Below are positions 23,679 to 37,470 of a stretch of 64,000 nt of DNA, piece after piece. Every line of letters begins with the position of its first letter. Within the stretch, counting starts at the first letter, position 1. The translations under genes and the position numbers were made by a program. Source of the DNA: Squalus acanthias (Eukaryota); contig CM059433.1 in the NCBI GenBank assembly GCA_030390025.1, positions 28,894,001-28,958,000 of the forward strand. Direction: 5' to 3'. Below the pieces are notes generated by a model that did no database searches, was not told where the DNA came from, and saw only the letters and a list, made by a program, of their open reading frames with translations.

Positions 23679-25904
23679 CATAGAATATAAGAGCAGGGAG
23701 GTTATGCTTGAACTGTGTAAAACACTAGTTAGGCCGCAGCTAGAATACTACGTGCAGTTCTGGTCACCACATTACAGGAAGGATGTGATTGCGCTAGAGA
23801 GGGTACAGAGGAGATTTACGAGGATGTTGCCTGGACTGGAGAATTTTAGCTATGAGGAAAGATTGGATAGGCTGGGGTTGGTTTTCTTTGGAACAGAGGA
23901 GGCTGAGGGGAGACATAATTGAGGTGTATAAAATTGAGGGGCCTAGATAGAGTGGATAGGAAGGAATTGTTTCCCTTGGAAGAGGGATCAACAACCAGGG
24001 GTCACAGATTTAAAGTAAAAGGTAGGAGGTTTAGAGGGGATTTGAGGGGGTCTGGGTGGTGGGGGTCTGGAACTCACTGCCTGAAAGGGTGGTAGAGGCA
24101 GAAACTCTCACCACATTCAAAAAGAACTTGGATGTGCACTTGAAGTGCCGTAACCTACAAGGCTACGGACCAAGAGCTGGCAAGTGGGATTAGGTTGGAT
24201 AGTTCTTTGTCGACCGCTGTGGACACGATGGGCCGAATGGCCTCCTTCCGTGCTGTAAATTTCTATGATTCTATGATAAACGGATAGAGGAAAGTGTGAT
24301 CAGAGTGCACAGCTCCAATTGAAGAGCCAGGGCTGGCACAGGTGTGATGAGGTCCTTCTGTGTTGTCATTTCTGTGATTGTGCGAACGGCACCTCTAAGA
24401 TCAGGAACTCAGTGAGGTTGGAAAATTGAACTCGTATCTGCTAGGAGCAGATCGATGTTTCCACGCACTTCACTATCGTACCAGTCTTTCTGTCTCCAAG
24501 TTCAGTTCATCCGATGTCAGGAATAATGTGTGGATCTGACAAGTTAAGAGTATTATTGATGCACCAGAAATGGTCCGAGTAGTGCTGTAGGCAGAAAAGA
24601 AACCATCGCAAACCAACTCTTAAAATAGTCCCCACACACACGCCGCAAGATTGCAACAACGTAGTCAATTAAATCAATTCTGCTCATCCACTGTGATGCC
24701 TTAGGAAAGATTGTTTTATTGAATAGAAAGAGAAGTTGGTCTTTTTTTTAAAAACCAGTAATGCAACTGGAGTATTATTTTAGCTGTCTGTACCTGTCAG
24801 TTTAAGCATTTCATTAACACAATATTGGGCTGGATTTTGCTGGAGCGGGGAATCTCGTGGCGTGCCTCATTAGTTAGACTTTTTCCTGCTGCTGTTAGCT
24901 CAAATATTTTTGTGCTTGTAGTGTGAGCTGATAATGGTGTGGTGAGGGCAAGGGGGCATCTGGGACCTCAGTGGAGGGGTCGGGGGAGAGGGGGGGGAGG
25001 GATTTAATGGTGGCACCTTCTTGTAATGTTAAGTGGGCCTGCAGATCCATCCCAACCGCTTTCATTTAAAAAAAAAATGCTGGCCAGTTTCCCATTAGAA
25101 CACTTTCCTGACGGCAAATCAATCATCAATTGCTTTTGGGAAGTCAGCATTTAAAATTTTAAATCACCCTCAAGGCCCTTAGTGCTAGACACCAGGAACA
25201 CACAGGTGTGTAGCTAGACCGAACTAACAAGGAAATATATTGCATGATGTATTTCCCTCATTAGCATGACATCATGTCTGCCCATATGGTCAAGAAATTT
25301 TGACAGGTGAAATAATCAACAGACTGTGTATCATGAAACCTTTATGTCACTCCTAGTAATCTTGAGCTCATCCAGAGCTCTGCTGCCCCTATTCTAACTC
25401 GCACCTAGTCCCATTCACCCATCAATCCTGTGCTCCCAGACAGAACTATCGCCAACTCTCTGTGAAATTCAGCTCCCTTGTACCATTGGGTTCATGAACT
25501 TCCGTAAGGCACGCTCTCCAACTCTACCATCCCCCCATGAACTCTCACTGAGTATTAACAAATAAAGCAAAGGGATGTAAAAGTTAATTCCATTTGTCTG
25601 AATTTTTTAAAAGAGGTGCCGATGGCAAGATTGTAGGCAGATTGATGTGGGGTGCATGATTCTTAATGATTTGATGGCCTGACCATGGAACGGAACTGCC
25701 ACTTTCTCAGCTCAGTGAGAGATACGAGATGGAATAACTGAAGTCGTAGAGATAGAAGAAAAACAGTGTACAGCAATGTGCACCCACACGCACACACATT
25801 TGCTGAATTTGCTAATTTGGTGAAACACAGACCAGGTGCTAAAGGCATGGGAACAAAATTGGCTGTACATTGTTTGGCATGGTTTATAAAAAGGGGAGGG
25901 CATG

Positions 25905-26345
25905 GATCAGAGAACCACAAATTTGACACCGAGCCACTTAAGGAGATATTAGGACAGGTGACCAAAAGCTTGATTAAAAGGTAGGTTTTAAGGAGCGTCT
26001 TAAAGGAGGAAGAGAGAGTTAGAGAGGGGGAGAGGTTTAGGGAGGGAATTCCAGAGATTAGGGCCTAGACAACTGAAGGCACGGCCGCCAATGGTGGGAC
26101 AAAGGAAGTCGGGAACACACAAGAGGCTAGAATTGGAGGAGCGCAGAGATCTCAGAGGGTTGTAGAGCTGGAGGAGGTTACAGAGAGGGGTGAGGCCATG
26201 GAGGGATTTGAACATGAGGATGCGAATCGAGGCATTAGTGGACAGGAGCTAATGTAGGTCAGCGAGCACAGGGGCGACGGGTGAAGGGGACTTGGTGCAG
26301 GTTAGGATACGGGCAGCAGAGTCTTGGGTGAGCTCAAGTTTGTTA
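25905..26345 (-). mobile_element. L2 LINE 3' fragment
   Basis: FKSLHGL...GGRAFSCLGPNLWNSLP. Confidence 0.8.
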
Positions 26346-26770
26346 AGGGAGGCCGGCCAGAAAAAGATTTTTTCTTCCAATGTAGATCAAAGCCTGAGCT
26401 GAGGAGGAGGTGGCTTTGGATTCTCATCTGCTGCAATCTAGGACTGCTTCTGCATGATAGCACAAATATGGCAACAGCATGCTTTCTGTTTGATTAACTA
26501 TCATCTTCATAATGGTTATTATGGACCAACATGTTGTACCTGGACTTCCAGAAGACATCACACAAAGTTTCACATGTAAGGCTATTAGGTCAGCTCAAAG
26601 CTGTGGGGATTCAGGGTAAATCTTGGCTATAGATAAGAAATATGGAAAATTGCATTAAATTAAGTGAGAGTAGGACAAAAGGTCACAGGTTTAAATGAGT
26701 AAAAGGCAAATTTAGGATTGATGTCAGGAAGTTCTGAGAGTGATCAACACAAAGGTGACTTTGGACCCAT

Positions 26771-27644
26771 GGGGGGAAAAATTCAGTATCACCCCGTTTG
26801 GGGCGCAATTATCGGCTGTGCGCAAAGTTTAGCGCCTGGCGCTAATTATCGCCTCCGACTGCAAACTTGGCTTTTATCGCCCCTGGAGGTGATTGGAGCG
26901 CTAAATCAGGTGCTACACACCTGTCTTAAGGCGCAAAGGCTGAGGAGCGAGGCGCTACCTCAGAGCGCTGGCGAAGCTCATGTGATGTCAGTCAGCAATG
27001 AACACAGACACAATGGCGCCGGCCAGTTCTTAAAGGGGAGAGTTGATCTTGCTCTCCATCCACATCCTGCTCATTGCAGCCTTGAATCTCGGCCTGGAGA
27101 GATCTGTACATCAAATCTGCTGGAAAGAACAATGGAGAGACCAGGGAAAGAGCTCAGAGTGCAGCCCCCACAGTCTCTTCTAAATAGATGCATGGAAGGG
27201 CAAATCAAAATGAATCTGCAAAGTGCTGCTCAGTACCCAAAATTCCAGAAGTCTCTCTCTCTCTCTCTCTCTCAGAATGTGTGGTGCAAAAATGTCACCA
27301 ACAAAAAAAGGCAGGAAGCGTTCGCCTTTAAATAGCGCTCCCCCAGTCCCTTCCTGACTGCAAAACGCTCCCCTCAACCTGTCATTGCTAGCAGCAGGCG
27401 GTAAGGAAGGGGGCGCCACTCAATATCTGCTCCGGGGCGCTACCGGGGCGTTGCGCACTCGACTGACGTCATGATCTGCCGGCGCAGGAGATCGTGGAGG
27501 TAGTGTTTAGCGCCGCCGCAAAATGTCTGGTCAATTTCGCGAGAGGCGCTGATATCGCCGCGCCCGGGCACTAGTTGCTTTGCGCCCCATTAACGCCCTC
27601 TTAAGGCGCTAACGGGAGGTGCAAACCAACTGAATTTTTCCCCC
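26771..27644 (+). mobile_element. GC-rich MITE (PIF/Harbinger/ISL2EU-like)
   Basis: TIR GGGGGAAAAATTCAGT, flanked by AT(G); highly similar inverted copy at 37743-38638. Confidence 0.8.
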
Positions 27645-29159
27645 ATGGTTTCCAAAGCTCTCCACCACTGGGGTTTTCCTCACCTCATGTCTGGGTCTGT
27701 TGTAGAATAATTGATAGAGATTGATTGCCATGATTAGTCAACAACTCCATTATCGTTGTATCATGCGACTACCAGGATGGTAAAAGGTGACCTAAATGGA
27801 CCGTGGTCTTTTTCCAACTAGCAATTCCTATGTTCCTATGAATGGACTCACAGATAGAGCAATGGAGGCAAAAAAAAACTGGAATCAGTTAAAAACCAAC
27901 AGGATGGCACAATTTTGGGGGACTTTGGGGTCGTTCCAGATAGATGAGGTAAAATGGGCTAATAATGTTCCTCATAATTTAATTCCTCATAATAATCATA
28001 TATACGATTATTTATCTCTGATCTGTTGATGCATTTCCGTGGCCCCAAAAGTTTACAACTGTCATGTTTCACACAACAATCATCTCTAACTATTCTTATA
28101 ACAGTTAATCTCAGTCCTAACCAGATATTCATTCAACTGTTTTTTTTAATGATGTTAATTGACACAAGTACATTGAAGTGAGAAGGGAGGCAATTCAGCA
28201 AGAAAAATTGATGACTGAGGCATAGCAATTGGAATGTAAATAAGATGCTGAGAGAAATTTCACAGAGAATTATCACTACAGGTACAGTATTTGCCAGGTA
28301 AGTTAATATTATGTTACCTAGAAATCTACACAATAGTAGCATTTCCAAATGTTTTTTCAATAGAGGTTTATCTATTTTACATTATGCAGTATTCATAAAT
28401 CAACACTTGCCCAGAAATAACCGTGAACATTTCCAAGTCACTGTGAAATCATTCATTTTAGATATTTGTCATTAACTGTATATTATGTGCAAAAGGCTTC
28501 ACAGTTTCATCTGAAAACGTTGTAAATAGTAAATTGTGCTTCTTGGCAAATTACCATGGACAGCTCATACCTTAAGCATTCGTTCTTCTCAATGTCATAG
28601 GCAGAACATTTCCTTCACCCATTTTAACTGTAAACTTTCTGCCGTTCATTTTTGCCTTAACAACAATAACGTCGGCACTTCAAGAGTAATTGATTAGTTA
28701 AAAAGGTGCTTTGTACAAAGCTTCAACAGCCCTTTGGGGGGAGAGTGTTCCAGATTTCCACTACCCTTTGTATGATGAAGTGCTTCCTGACATCACCCCT
28801 GAATGGCCTAGCTCTAATTTTAAGGTTATGCCTCCTTGTTCTGGAGTATAATGCAGGTATAGCCACAGTTTGGTGACTTGGCAATGGATTCACCATACAT
28901 AAAATTAAGCTATGGGTATAACTGTACCATGTGTCCAACGTTCAGGCCCACGGAATTTTAACTCCAGGGTCTAAGGTTGTCAACCCTCCAGGAATGTTCT
29001 GGAGTCTCCAGGCCACTACTGCAAACAATCTAGGAGAGTCACGGAGGCATGATTTGATTTTGGATACTTCATATGACAGTGAGTGGAACAAAATGGATGC
29101 GTTTGACAAGTTACTGAGCAAATCCATTTGTTTCCTAATACTAATTTATGAAATTGACA

Positions 29160-29425
29160 AAAAGGAACTGAGGGATAACCTGATAGAGGGCTTTAAGATT
29201 ATGAAAGGGTTTGATAGGGTAGACATAAAGAAGATGTTTCCACTTGTGGGGGAGTCCAAAACAAGGGCCCATAAATATAAGATAGTCACTAATAAACCCA
29301 ATAGGGAATTCAGGAGAAACTTCTTTACCCAGAGAGTGGTGAGAGTGTGGAACTCGCGACTATATGGAGTAGTTGAGGCGAATAGCATAAATGCACTTAA
29401 GGGAAGCTGGATAAGTACATGAGAC
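29160..29425 (+). mobile_element. CR1 fragment
   Basis: LRDNLIEGFKIMKGFDRVD...FFTQRVVRVWNS. Confidence 0.8.
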
Positions 29426-29509
29426 AGAAAGTAATAATTTATGTAAAATCTAGAGTCATTAAAAGAAAGTTTAAAAAAAAAATTCTTTGTAAAAATATTG
29501 GAGATGGGA

Positions 29510-30150
29510 TTACATACACTATACAACACAGAAACAGACCATTCGGCCCAACCAGTCCATGCCGGCGTTTATGCTCCACTCGAGCCTCCTCCCACCCTTC
29601 CTCATCTAACTCTATCAACATAATCCTCCATTCCCTTCTCTCTCATATGCTTATCTTGCCTCCCCTTAAATGCATCTATACTATTTGCCTCAACAACGCC
29701 CTGTGGTAGTGAGTTCCACATTCTCACCTCTCTCTGGGTAAAGAAGTTTCTTCTGAATTCCCTATTTGATTTCTTGGTGATTATCTTATATTGATGGCCT
29801 CTGGTTATGCTCTTCCCCACAAGTGGAAACACTCTCTCTGTGTCTACTCTATCAAAATCTTCCATAATTTTAAAGACCTCTATTAGGTCACCCCTCAGCC
29901 TTCTCTTTTCAAAGAAAAGAGACCCAGCCTGTTCCAACCTTTCCTAATAGGTTTAACCTCACAGTTCTGGTATCGACCCTGTAAATATTTTTTGCACCTT
30001 CTCCAGTGTGTCGATATCCTTTTTATATGGAAACCAGAACTGTGCACAGTACTCAAAGTGTGATCGAAACAAGGTTCTATAGAAGTTTAACATAACTTCT
30101 CTGCTTTTCAATTCTATCCCTCCAGAAATGAACCCCAGTGCTTTGTTTGT
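29510..30150 (-). mobile_element. CR1 3' fragment
   Basis: EKRRLRGDLIEVFKIM...FFTQREVRMWNSLP. Confidence 0.85.
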
Positions 30151-30699
30151 CCTATATTCTCTTTCAAAATATGTTAAAAAATCAAGACAGGTAAATAGAT
30201 TTTTTTAAATGGTAATGCCCACTCTTCAATGATGTGCAATTGCCTTAGTGAGCTTGTGGCTGCGTTGCTGGAACACCCAGCAAATGCCTACAAAGAAAGC
30301 TCTGCTGCAAAAGTAAATTCTCCACTGCAAATTTTAAAGGTTATTCAAAACAAGCTGAAGACAAAACATAAATATTACCAGCAGGGGATACAGTAAGTGA
30401 TGCAATCATACTGATAGGGAAATTATACAGTTTTATACACCCTTCTGTTTCTGATTGCAATGAGTATTGTAAAAGACCCAGTGCTTTAAAATAAACTGAC
30501 CCTACTCACCCAGCCTGCATAATGATACTTTTGCAAAAACATACATTATTCAAATATTTATTTTGACCAAGTGAAATTTTTCTTTTAAACTTATTTTGTG
30601 TGGGTTCATGCAGAAATGATGATGAGTTGAAGTTGAAATGCAACTGTGCTGAGCAATTACTTCTGATTGGAAAACTACAGATGTCGCTCCATTATTTAA

Positions 30700-31530
30700 G
30701 ATGGGAGGGAAGGAGAAACAAGGTAACTACAGACTTGTCAGTTTAACATCAGTCATGGGGAAGTTACTAGAATCTATGATCAGGGCCAGAGTGACTGAGC
30801 ACGTCGACAAATATGAGCTTATCAAAGCAAGTCAGCATGGATTTGTGAAAGGAAGGTCATGACTGACTAATCTAGTTGGATTTCTTGAGGAGGTCACTTC
30901 ACTAACATGGTGGACAGGGGAATGTCTATGGATGTTGTCTATATGGACTTTCTGTGGGCATTTGATACGGTTCTGCACAAGAGATTATTAGCAAAAATAA
31001 AAGTGCATGGAATTGGAGGTAACCTTGTGACATGGGTTGCTAATTGTTTGGGAGGCAGAGAGTAGGGATAAAGGGAACATTCTCAGATTGGCAGGATGTG
31101 ACAAGTGGGGTTCCCTGGCGATCTGTACTGGGGCCTCAGCTTTTTACCACATATATTAATGACTTGGATGAAAGAATAGAGAGTTGTGTATCCAAATTTG
31201 CAGATGACAATAAGTTAGATGCCACAGTAAGTTGTGTAGAGGGAGCAGGAAGTTACAAAGGGACAAAGACAGATTAAGTGAGTGGGCAAAACTGTGGCAG
31301 ATAGAGTTCAATGTGGGGAAGTGTGAGGTCATCAATTTTGGATCTGAGAAGGAAAAATCGGAATATTTCCTTAATGTTGAGAGACTAGGAACTGTGGAGG
31401 GGCAAAGCGATTTAGGTGCCAATGTTCACAAATCACTAAAAGATAGTGCACAGGTACTAAAAGTAATCAAAAAGGCTAGAGGAATGTTGGCCCTTTATCT
31501 CAAGAGGGCTGGAATACAAAAGTGAGGAAG
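30700..31530 (+). mobile_element. CR1 RT fragment
   Basis: VTSGVP...VLGPQLF...SKFADD. Confidence 0.85.
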
Positions 31531-31899
31531 TGAGGTATTTTAAAAGGATCCCCATCCTCATAGCAAAGGATTTGATAAATCTCTGTTCATTCGGTGATGA
31601 AGAACCAGAATTGCGTACCAATTTCATCATGGTGAACTGATGCACAAGTGGTACAATCACTTGACACTATCACCTAGAAATTACTGTTTCAGTACCATTG
31701 AGGGGTTAACTGCGCATTGCCTCAGGCTTTTCAGGATTGTTAAGCAGGTCTCTTTAAGCCCCCCTCCCCATTTTACTGTTTCTGGAGCAGCAGTAAAATG
31801 CATATTCAATAGCTTCACAGTGAGCTATTTGAGTGAGACTAGAGTCTGAGCCCCCACATTCAACAATGAGCCATTTAAACAGCTGAAGTGGGGCATGCT

Positions 31900-32228
31900 G
31901 CCTTCATCCAAGTCATTAATATAGATTGTAAATCGTTGAGGCCCCAGCACTGATCCCTGCGGCACCCCACTAGTTACAGTTTGCCAACCTGAAAATGACC
32001 CATTTATCCCGACTCTCTGTTTTCTGTTAGTTAGCTAATCCTCTATCCATGCTAATATATTACCCCCAACCCTGTGAGCTCTTATCTTGTGCAGTAACCT
32101 TTTATGTGGCACCTTATCGAATGCCTTCTGGAAATCCAAAGACATGACATCTACTGGTTCCCCTTTATCCACCCTGCTCATTACATCCTCAAAGAACTCC
32201 AGCAAATTTGTCAAACATGATTTCCCTC
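31900..32228 (-). mobile_element. CR1 RT fragment
   Basis: Matches 18250-18575. Confidence 0.8.
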
Positions 32229-32239
32229 ATAGGGGAGAG

Positions 32240-35200
32240 AGAACTTAACAAAGGTAATAGGGCATCCGTGACTAAGGTGACATGAGGGACAATAGAAAAA
32301 AGTTAAAGCTAAAGGCACTATATCTGAATGCGTGAAGGACTCGCAACAAAATAAATGAATTAATAGCACGGATAGAAATAAATGGGTTTGATCTAATAGC
32401 CATTACGGAGACGTGGTTGTAGAGTGACCAAGGTTGGGAACTAAATATTCCAGGATACTTGACTTTTAGATGAGATAGGCAGAATGGAAAAGGGAGGGAA
32501 GGGAGTGGAATGGCCCTGATAATAAAGGATGGGATAAAGACAGTAGAGATAAAGGATCTTAGCTCGAAGAAACAAGATGTAGAATCACTTTGCATGGAGC
32601 TAAGAAACAACAAGGGGCAGAAAAAACTGGTGGGAGTAGTTTATAGGCCCACTAACAGTAGATGTAGTGTCGGGCAGAGTATAAATCAGGAAATTAGAGG
32701 TGCATGTAACAAGGATAATACAATAATCATAGGGGATTTTAATTTTCATATAGGCTGGGGAAACCAAATTTGCAGTAATAGTGCAGAGGACGAGTTCATG
32801 GAATGCATTCAAGATAGTTTTCTAGATCAGTTTATCGAGGAACCAAATAGGGAACAGGCTATTTTAGATCTAGTATTGTGAAATGAGACAGGGTTAATTA
32901 ATAACCTTGTAGTAAAGGAGCCTCTGGGGAGCAGTGATCATAATATGATAGAATTTTATGTTGTGTTTGAGAGTGATTTAGTTAAGTCTGAAATTAGGGT
33001 CTCAATCTGAACAAAGTAAACTACATAGATATGAGAGGCAAGTTGGCTAAGATAGGTTAAGAAACTAGATTAAAAGATATGGTGGTAGATAAGCAATGGT
33101 AAACATTTAAAGAAATAATTCATAATTCACAAGGAATATACATTCCCTTAAGGAATAAAAATGGTTCAACTGTGGCTAACAAGAGAAGTTGAAATAGTTG
33201 AAATAGTACTAGATTAAAGGAAGAGGCTTATAATGTTGCCAAAAAGAGTAGTAGGCCTGAGGATTGGGAGGATTTTAGAATTCAGCAAAGGAGGACCAAT
33301 AAATTGATAAAAAGAGAGAAAAGAACATAAGACTACACTAGTGAGAGACATAAAAACAGATTATAAAAGCTTCTATAGGTGTGTAAAAAGGAAGAAGTTA
33401 GTGAAAGTAAATATGGGTCCCTTACAGGCAGAGACAGGAGAAATTATAATGGGGAATAAAGAAATGGCAGAGACAGTAAAGCAAAAACTTTGTATCTGGC
33501 TTCACAGAAGAAAACACAAAAACATTTCGGAAATAGTGGGGAACCAAGGGTGTAGTGAGAATGAGGAACTTAAAGAAATTAGTATTAGTAAAGAAATAGT
33601 ACTGGAGAAATTAATGGGACTAAAACCCGACAAATCCCCTGGACCTGACGGCCTACATCCTAGAGTTTTAAAAGAGGTGGCTACAGAGATAGTGGATGCA
33701 GTGGTTTTGATATTCCAGAATTCCCTAGATTCTAGAACGGTCCCCACAGATTGGAAAGTAGCAAATGTAACCCCGCTATTCAAGAGAGGGAGAGAGAAAG
33801 AAGGGTACTATAGACCAGGTGGCCTGACATCAGTAGTAGGGAAAATGCTAGAATCTATTATTAGGAATGTGGTAACAGGGCACTTAGATTGGGCAGAGTC
33901 AACGGATTTATGAAAGGGAAATTGTGTTTGACAAATATATATTTTTTAAATTAATTCATAGGATGTGGACGTCACTGGCAAGGCCAGCATTTATTGCCCA
34001 TCCCTAATTGCTCTTGAGAGGCTTGCTAGGCCATTTCAGAGGTCAGTTAAGAGTCAACCACATTGCTGTGGGTCTGGAGTCACATACAGGCCAGACTGGG
34101 TAAGGACAGCATATTTCCTTCCCTAAAGGACATTAGTGAACCAGATGGGTTTTTACAACAATGGTCACTATTTCTGATACTAGCTTTTTATTCCAGATTT
34201 ATTTAACTGAATTTAAATTCCCCAGCTGCCGTGGTGGGATTTGAACTCTTGTTTCAATGGATTATTAGTCCAGGCCTATGGATTACTGGTCCAGTAACAT
34301 TACCACTATACTACTGTCCCCATCATTTGAGTTTTTTGAGGTTGTAACTAGCAGGGTACCAGTGGATGTAGTATATTTGGATTTTCAGAAAGTATTCGAC
34401 AAGGTGCCACACAAGAGGTTATTACACAAAATCAGGGCTCATGGGATTGGGGGTAATATACTAGCATGGATAGAGGATCGGTTAATGGACAGGAAACAGA
34501 GTAGGAATAAACGGGTCATTTTCGGGTTGGCAGGCTGTAACTAGTCGGGGCGGGGGGGAGGTTATTGCAAGGATCAGTGCTTGGGCCTCAGCTATTTACA
34601 ATCTATATTAATGACTTAGATGAGGGGACCGAGTGTAAAGTATCCAAGTTTGCTGATGATACAAAGCTAGGTAGGAAACTAAGTTGTGAGGAGGCTGCAA
34701 AGGGATATAGACACGTTAACTGAGTGGACAAGAACATGGCAGATGGAATATAATGTGGAGAAATGTGAAGTTATCCACTTTGCTAGGAAAAATAGAAAAA
34801 CAATTTTCTTTTTAAATGGTGAGAGATTGGAAATTGTTGGTATTCAGAGGGACCTGGGTATCCTTGTACATGAATCACTGAAAGTTAACATGCAGGTACA
34901 GCAAGCAATTAGGAAAGCAAATGGTATGTTGACCTTTATTACAAGAGGATTTGAGTTTTAGAGTAAAGAAGTCTTACTGCAATTATATCGGGCCTTGGTG
35001 AGACCACACCTGGAGTATTGTGCACAGTTTTGGTCTCCTTACCTAAGGAAGGATATACTTGCCATAAAGGGAGTGCAACGAAGGTTCACCAGACTGATTC
35101 CTGGGATGGGGGAATTGTCCTATGAGGAGAGATTGAGGAGACTAGGCTTATATTCCCTAGAATTTAGAAGGATGAGAGGTGATCTCATTGAAACATATAA

Positions 35201-35565
35201 AATTCTTATAGGGCTTGACAGGATAAATGTTGGGATGATGTGTCCCCTGGCTGGGGAGTCTAGAACTAAGGGTCACAGTCTCAGAATAAATGGTCGGCCA
35301 TTTAGGACTGAGATGAGAAATAATTTCTTCACTCAAAGGGTTGTGAATCTTTGGAATTCTCTACCCCTGAGGGCTGTGGATGCTCAGTCGTTGAGTATAC
35401 TCAAGACAGAGAGCGATAGATTTTTGGATACGAAGGGACTCGAGGGATATGGGGATAGCGTGGGAAGGTGGGTTGAGGTCAAAGATCAGCCATGATCTTA
35501 TTGAATGGCGGAGCAGGCTCGAAGGACCGAATGGCCTACTCCTGCTCCTATTTCTCATGTTCTTA
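32240..35565 (+). mobile_element. CR1 (HER1-like) LINE, near-complete ORF2 pseudogene
   Basis: APE (YLNA, ITETW, GDFN, SDH) through RT and C-terminus, many stops and frameshifts; interrupted at 33942-34320. Confidence 0.92.
33942..34320 (-). mobile_element. Bipartite SINE: tRNA head plus 5' UTR joined to the 3' end of the tRNA-headed LINE
   Basis: Reverse complement matches 56815-57092, then jumps to the LINE 3' end (TCAAGAGCAATTAGGGATGGGCAATAAATGCTGGCC) and an A-rich tail. Confidence 0.85.
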
Positions 35566-35574
35566 TCTTCACAC

Positions 35575-36227
35575 CATGTCCCATTCAGCAATCACCAATG
35601 TTCCCTGTAATCTGCGCTTTGTTCTGCGCGGCCTGTTTATTTTAATGCGCGGTCCCTTTAAATTTCTGTGCATATGCGGTATTGACAATGTAAAAGCCGG
35701 TGAGCGGTCTGCGTGGGACCTTTCAGATTACTACGCGGCAGCGCACACGCGCACCTTAGCAGGAACACTGCCCATCACCCCTGTGCTCGCTAACCTACAT
35801 CAGCTCACCATCTGGCAACGCCTTGATTTTAAAATTTGCATCCTTGTTTGCAAATCCCTCCATGGCCTCGCTCCTCCCTCTCTCTGTAACCTCCTCCAGC
35901 CCTACAACCCTCCGAGATCTTTGCGTTCCTCCGATTCTGGCCTCCTGCGCATTCCTGATTTTCATCGCTCCACTATTGGCGGCCTTGCCTTCAGCTGTCT
36001 AGGTCCTAAATTCATGGAATTTCCTCCCTAAACCTCTCCACCTCTACCTCTCTCTCCTCCTTTAAGATGCTCCTTAAAATCTACCTCTTTGACGAAGCTT
36101 TTGGTCACATGTCCTAATATCTCCTTGTGTGGCTTAGTGTCAACGCTTGTTTAACAACGTTCCTGTGAAGCGCCTTGGGACGTTTTATTACTTTAAAGGC
36201 GCTATATAAATGCAAATTGTTGTTGTT
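35575..36227 (+). mobile_element. L2 LINE 3' fragment interrupted by a hAT MITE
   Basis: PITPVLANLH...SLHGLAPP; (TTG)n tail. Confidence 0.8.
35596..35770. mobile_element. hAT-type MITE
   Basis: TIR CAATGTTCCCTGTAA / TTAGCAGGAACACTG; degenerate TSD GCAATCAC/CCCATCAC. Confidence 0.75.
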
Positions 36228-36671
36228 TAATACTGGAAGATACTAAGCAATAAAATTAGGTTACCTAGCTGTAGTGCTGCTATAATAGAACCATGCAATA
36301 AGCCTTTGTTTGACTAGGGAGACTTAGGATGTATGGTATTGTTAGAATTAGGAAGTGCATATGGCAATTTGTAGCATGCAGAAAACCCCTGCAGCTGGAT
36401 GATCCTGTCACTGTTCTATGTACTTCAATACCTTTGTACTAGTCTCCTGCTCTCTAAAGTAGATGGCATTTAATCGCATGCTGTGCGCAATTTGGTTGCC
36501 GCGTCTCCTACATTACAACAGTGACTACGCTTCAAAAAGTAGTTCAATGGTTGTAAAGCGCTTTGGGACGTCCTGAGGTTGTGAAAGTCGCTATATAAAT
36601 GCAAGTCTTTCTTTTTTCTTTATGCCCATGCACAATACACTGAAAGATATGGGAAGGAGTATGAATGATAC

Positions 36672-37235
36672 AACACAGATGGAGGCCATTCGGCCCATTG
36701 TGCCTGTGCCGGCTCTTTGAAAGAGCGATCCAATTAGTCCCACTCCCCTACTCTTTATCCATAGCCTTCCAAATTTCTCCTTTTCAAGTATTTATCCAAA
36801 TCACTTTTGAAACTTACTATTGAATCTGCTTCCACCGCCCTTTCAGGCAGCGCATTTCAGATCATAACAACTTGCTGCGTCAAAATATTTCTCCTCATTT
36901 CTCCCCCTGGTTCTTTTGCCAATTATCTTAAACCCTTGTCCTCTGGTTACCAATTCTTCTGCTGCTGGAAACAGTTTCTCCCTCTTTACGCTATCAAAAC
37001 CCTTCATAATTCTGAATGCCTCTATTAATTCTCCCCTAACCTTCTCTGCTCTCAGGAGAACAATCCCAGCTTCTTCAGTCTCTCCACATAACTGAAGTCG
37101 CTCATCCCCATTCTTGTAAATCTCCTCTGTACCCTCTCCTAGGCCTTGGCATCCTTCCTAAAGTGCGGTGACTGAAATTGGGCACAAAACCCCAGCTGAG
37201 GCCCAACCAGTGATTTACAAAGGTTTAGCATAACA
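36672..37235 (-). mobile_element. CR1 3' fragment
   Basis: Same family as 7436-7930. Confidence 0.8.
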
Positions 37236-37470
37236 CATGACTAATTCGGTTTGCTACTGCCACCATCTAAGTCTTTAAACAGGAGGAGACCACAACCCAG
37301 ATTGGTGCAGTCATGGACGATTAGTTGTCTGCACTGCAGTCTACCATGCAGCATAGAGAAACCCCTGTGGCAGAACCCTCAATGGCACAGGGAGTATCTC
37401 TCACAGATGCTGGGAGATTGATTAGAGACAGCAGCGAGACAGGATTCATATTCTACTCTCACGCGCATCA

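Larger units (their letters stand above)
21200..24277 (+). mobile_element. CR1 LINE 3' portion split by a solo LTR and a Penelope mini-hairpin
   Basis: GVPQGSV...KKF|AEDTKIG continuous across the LTR; RPQLEYYVQFWSPHYRKD; (TTCTATGA) tail. Confidence 0.85.

Noticed and set aside
26718..27335. 205-aa ORF as a host gene or transposase
   Set aside because: Lies in a GC-rich MITE, crosses a (CT)n tract, and is not preserved as one frame in the sister copy at 37743-38638.
30510..30690. Additional minus-strand exon ending at GTGAGT
   Set aside because: No convincing acceptor and no similarity to KHDRBS or other known proteins.
31900..32240. Twin-priming 5' inversion of the adjacent CR1
   Set aside because: The inverted piece duplicates RT sequence also present in the plus-strand copy, so it is more simply a separate insertion.
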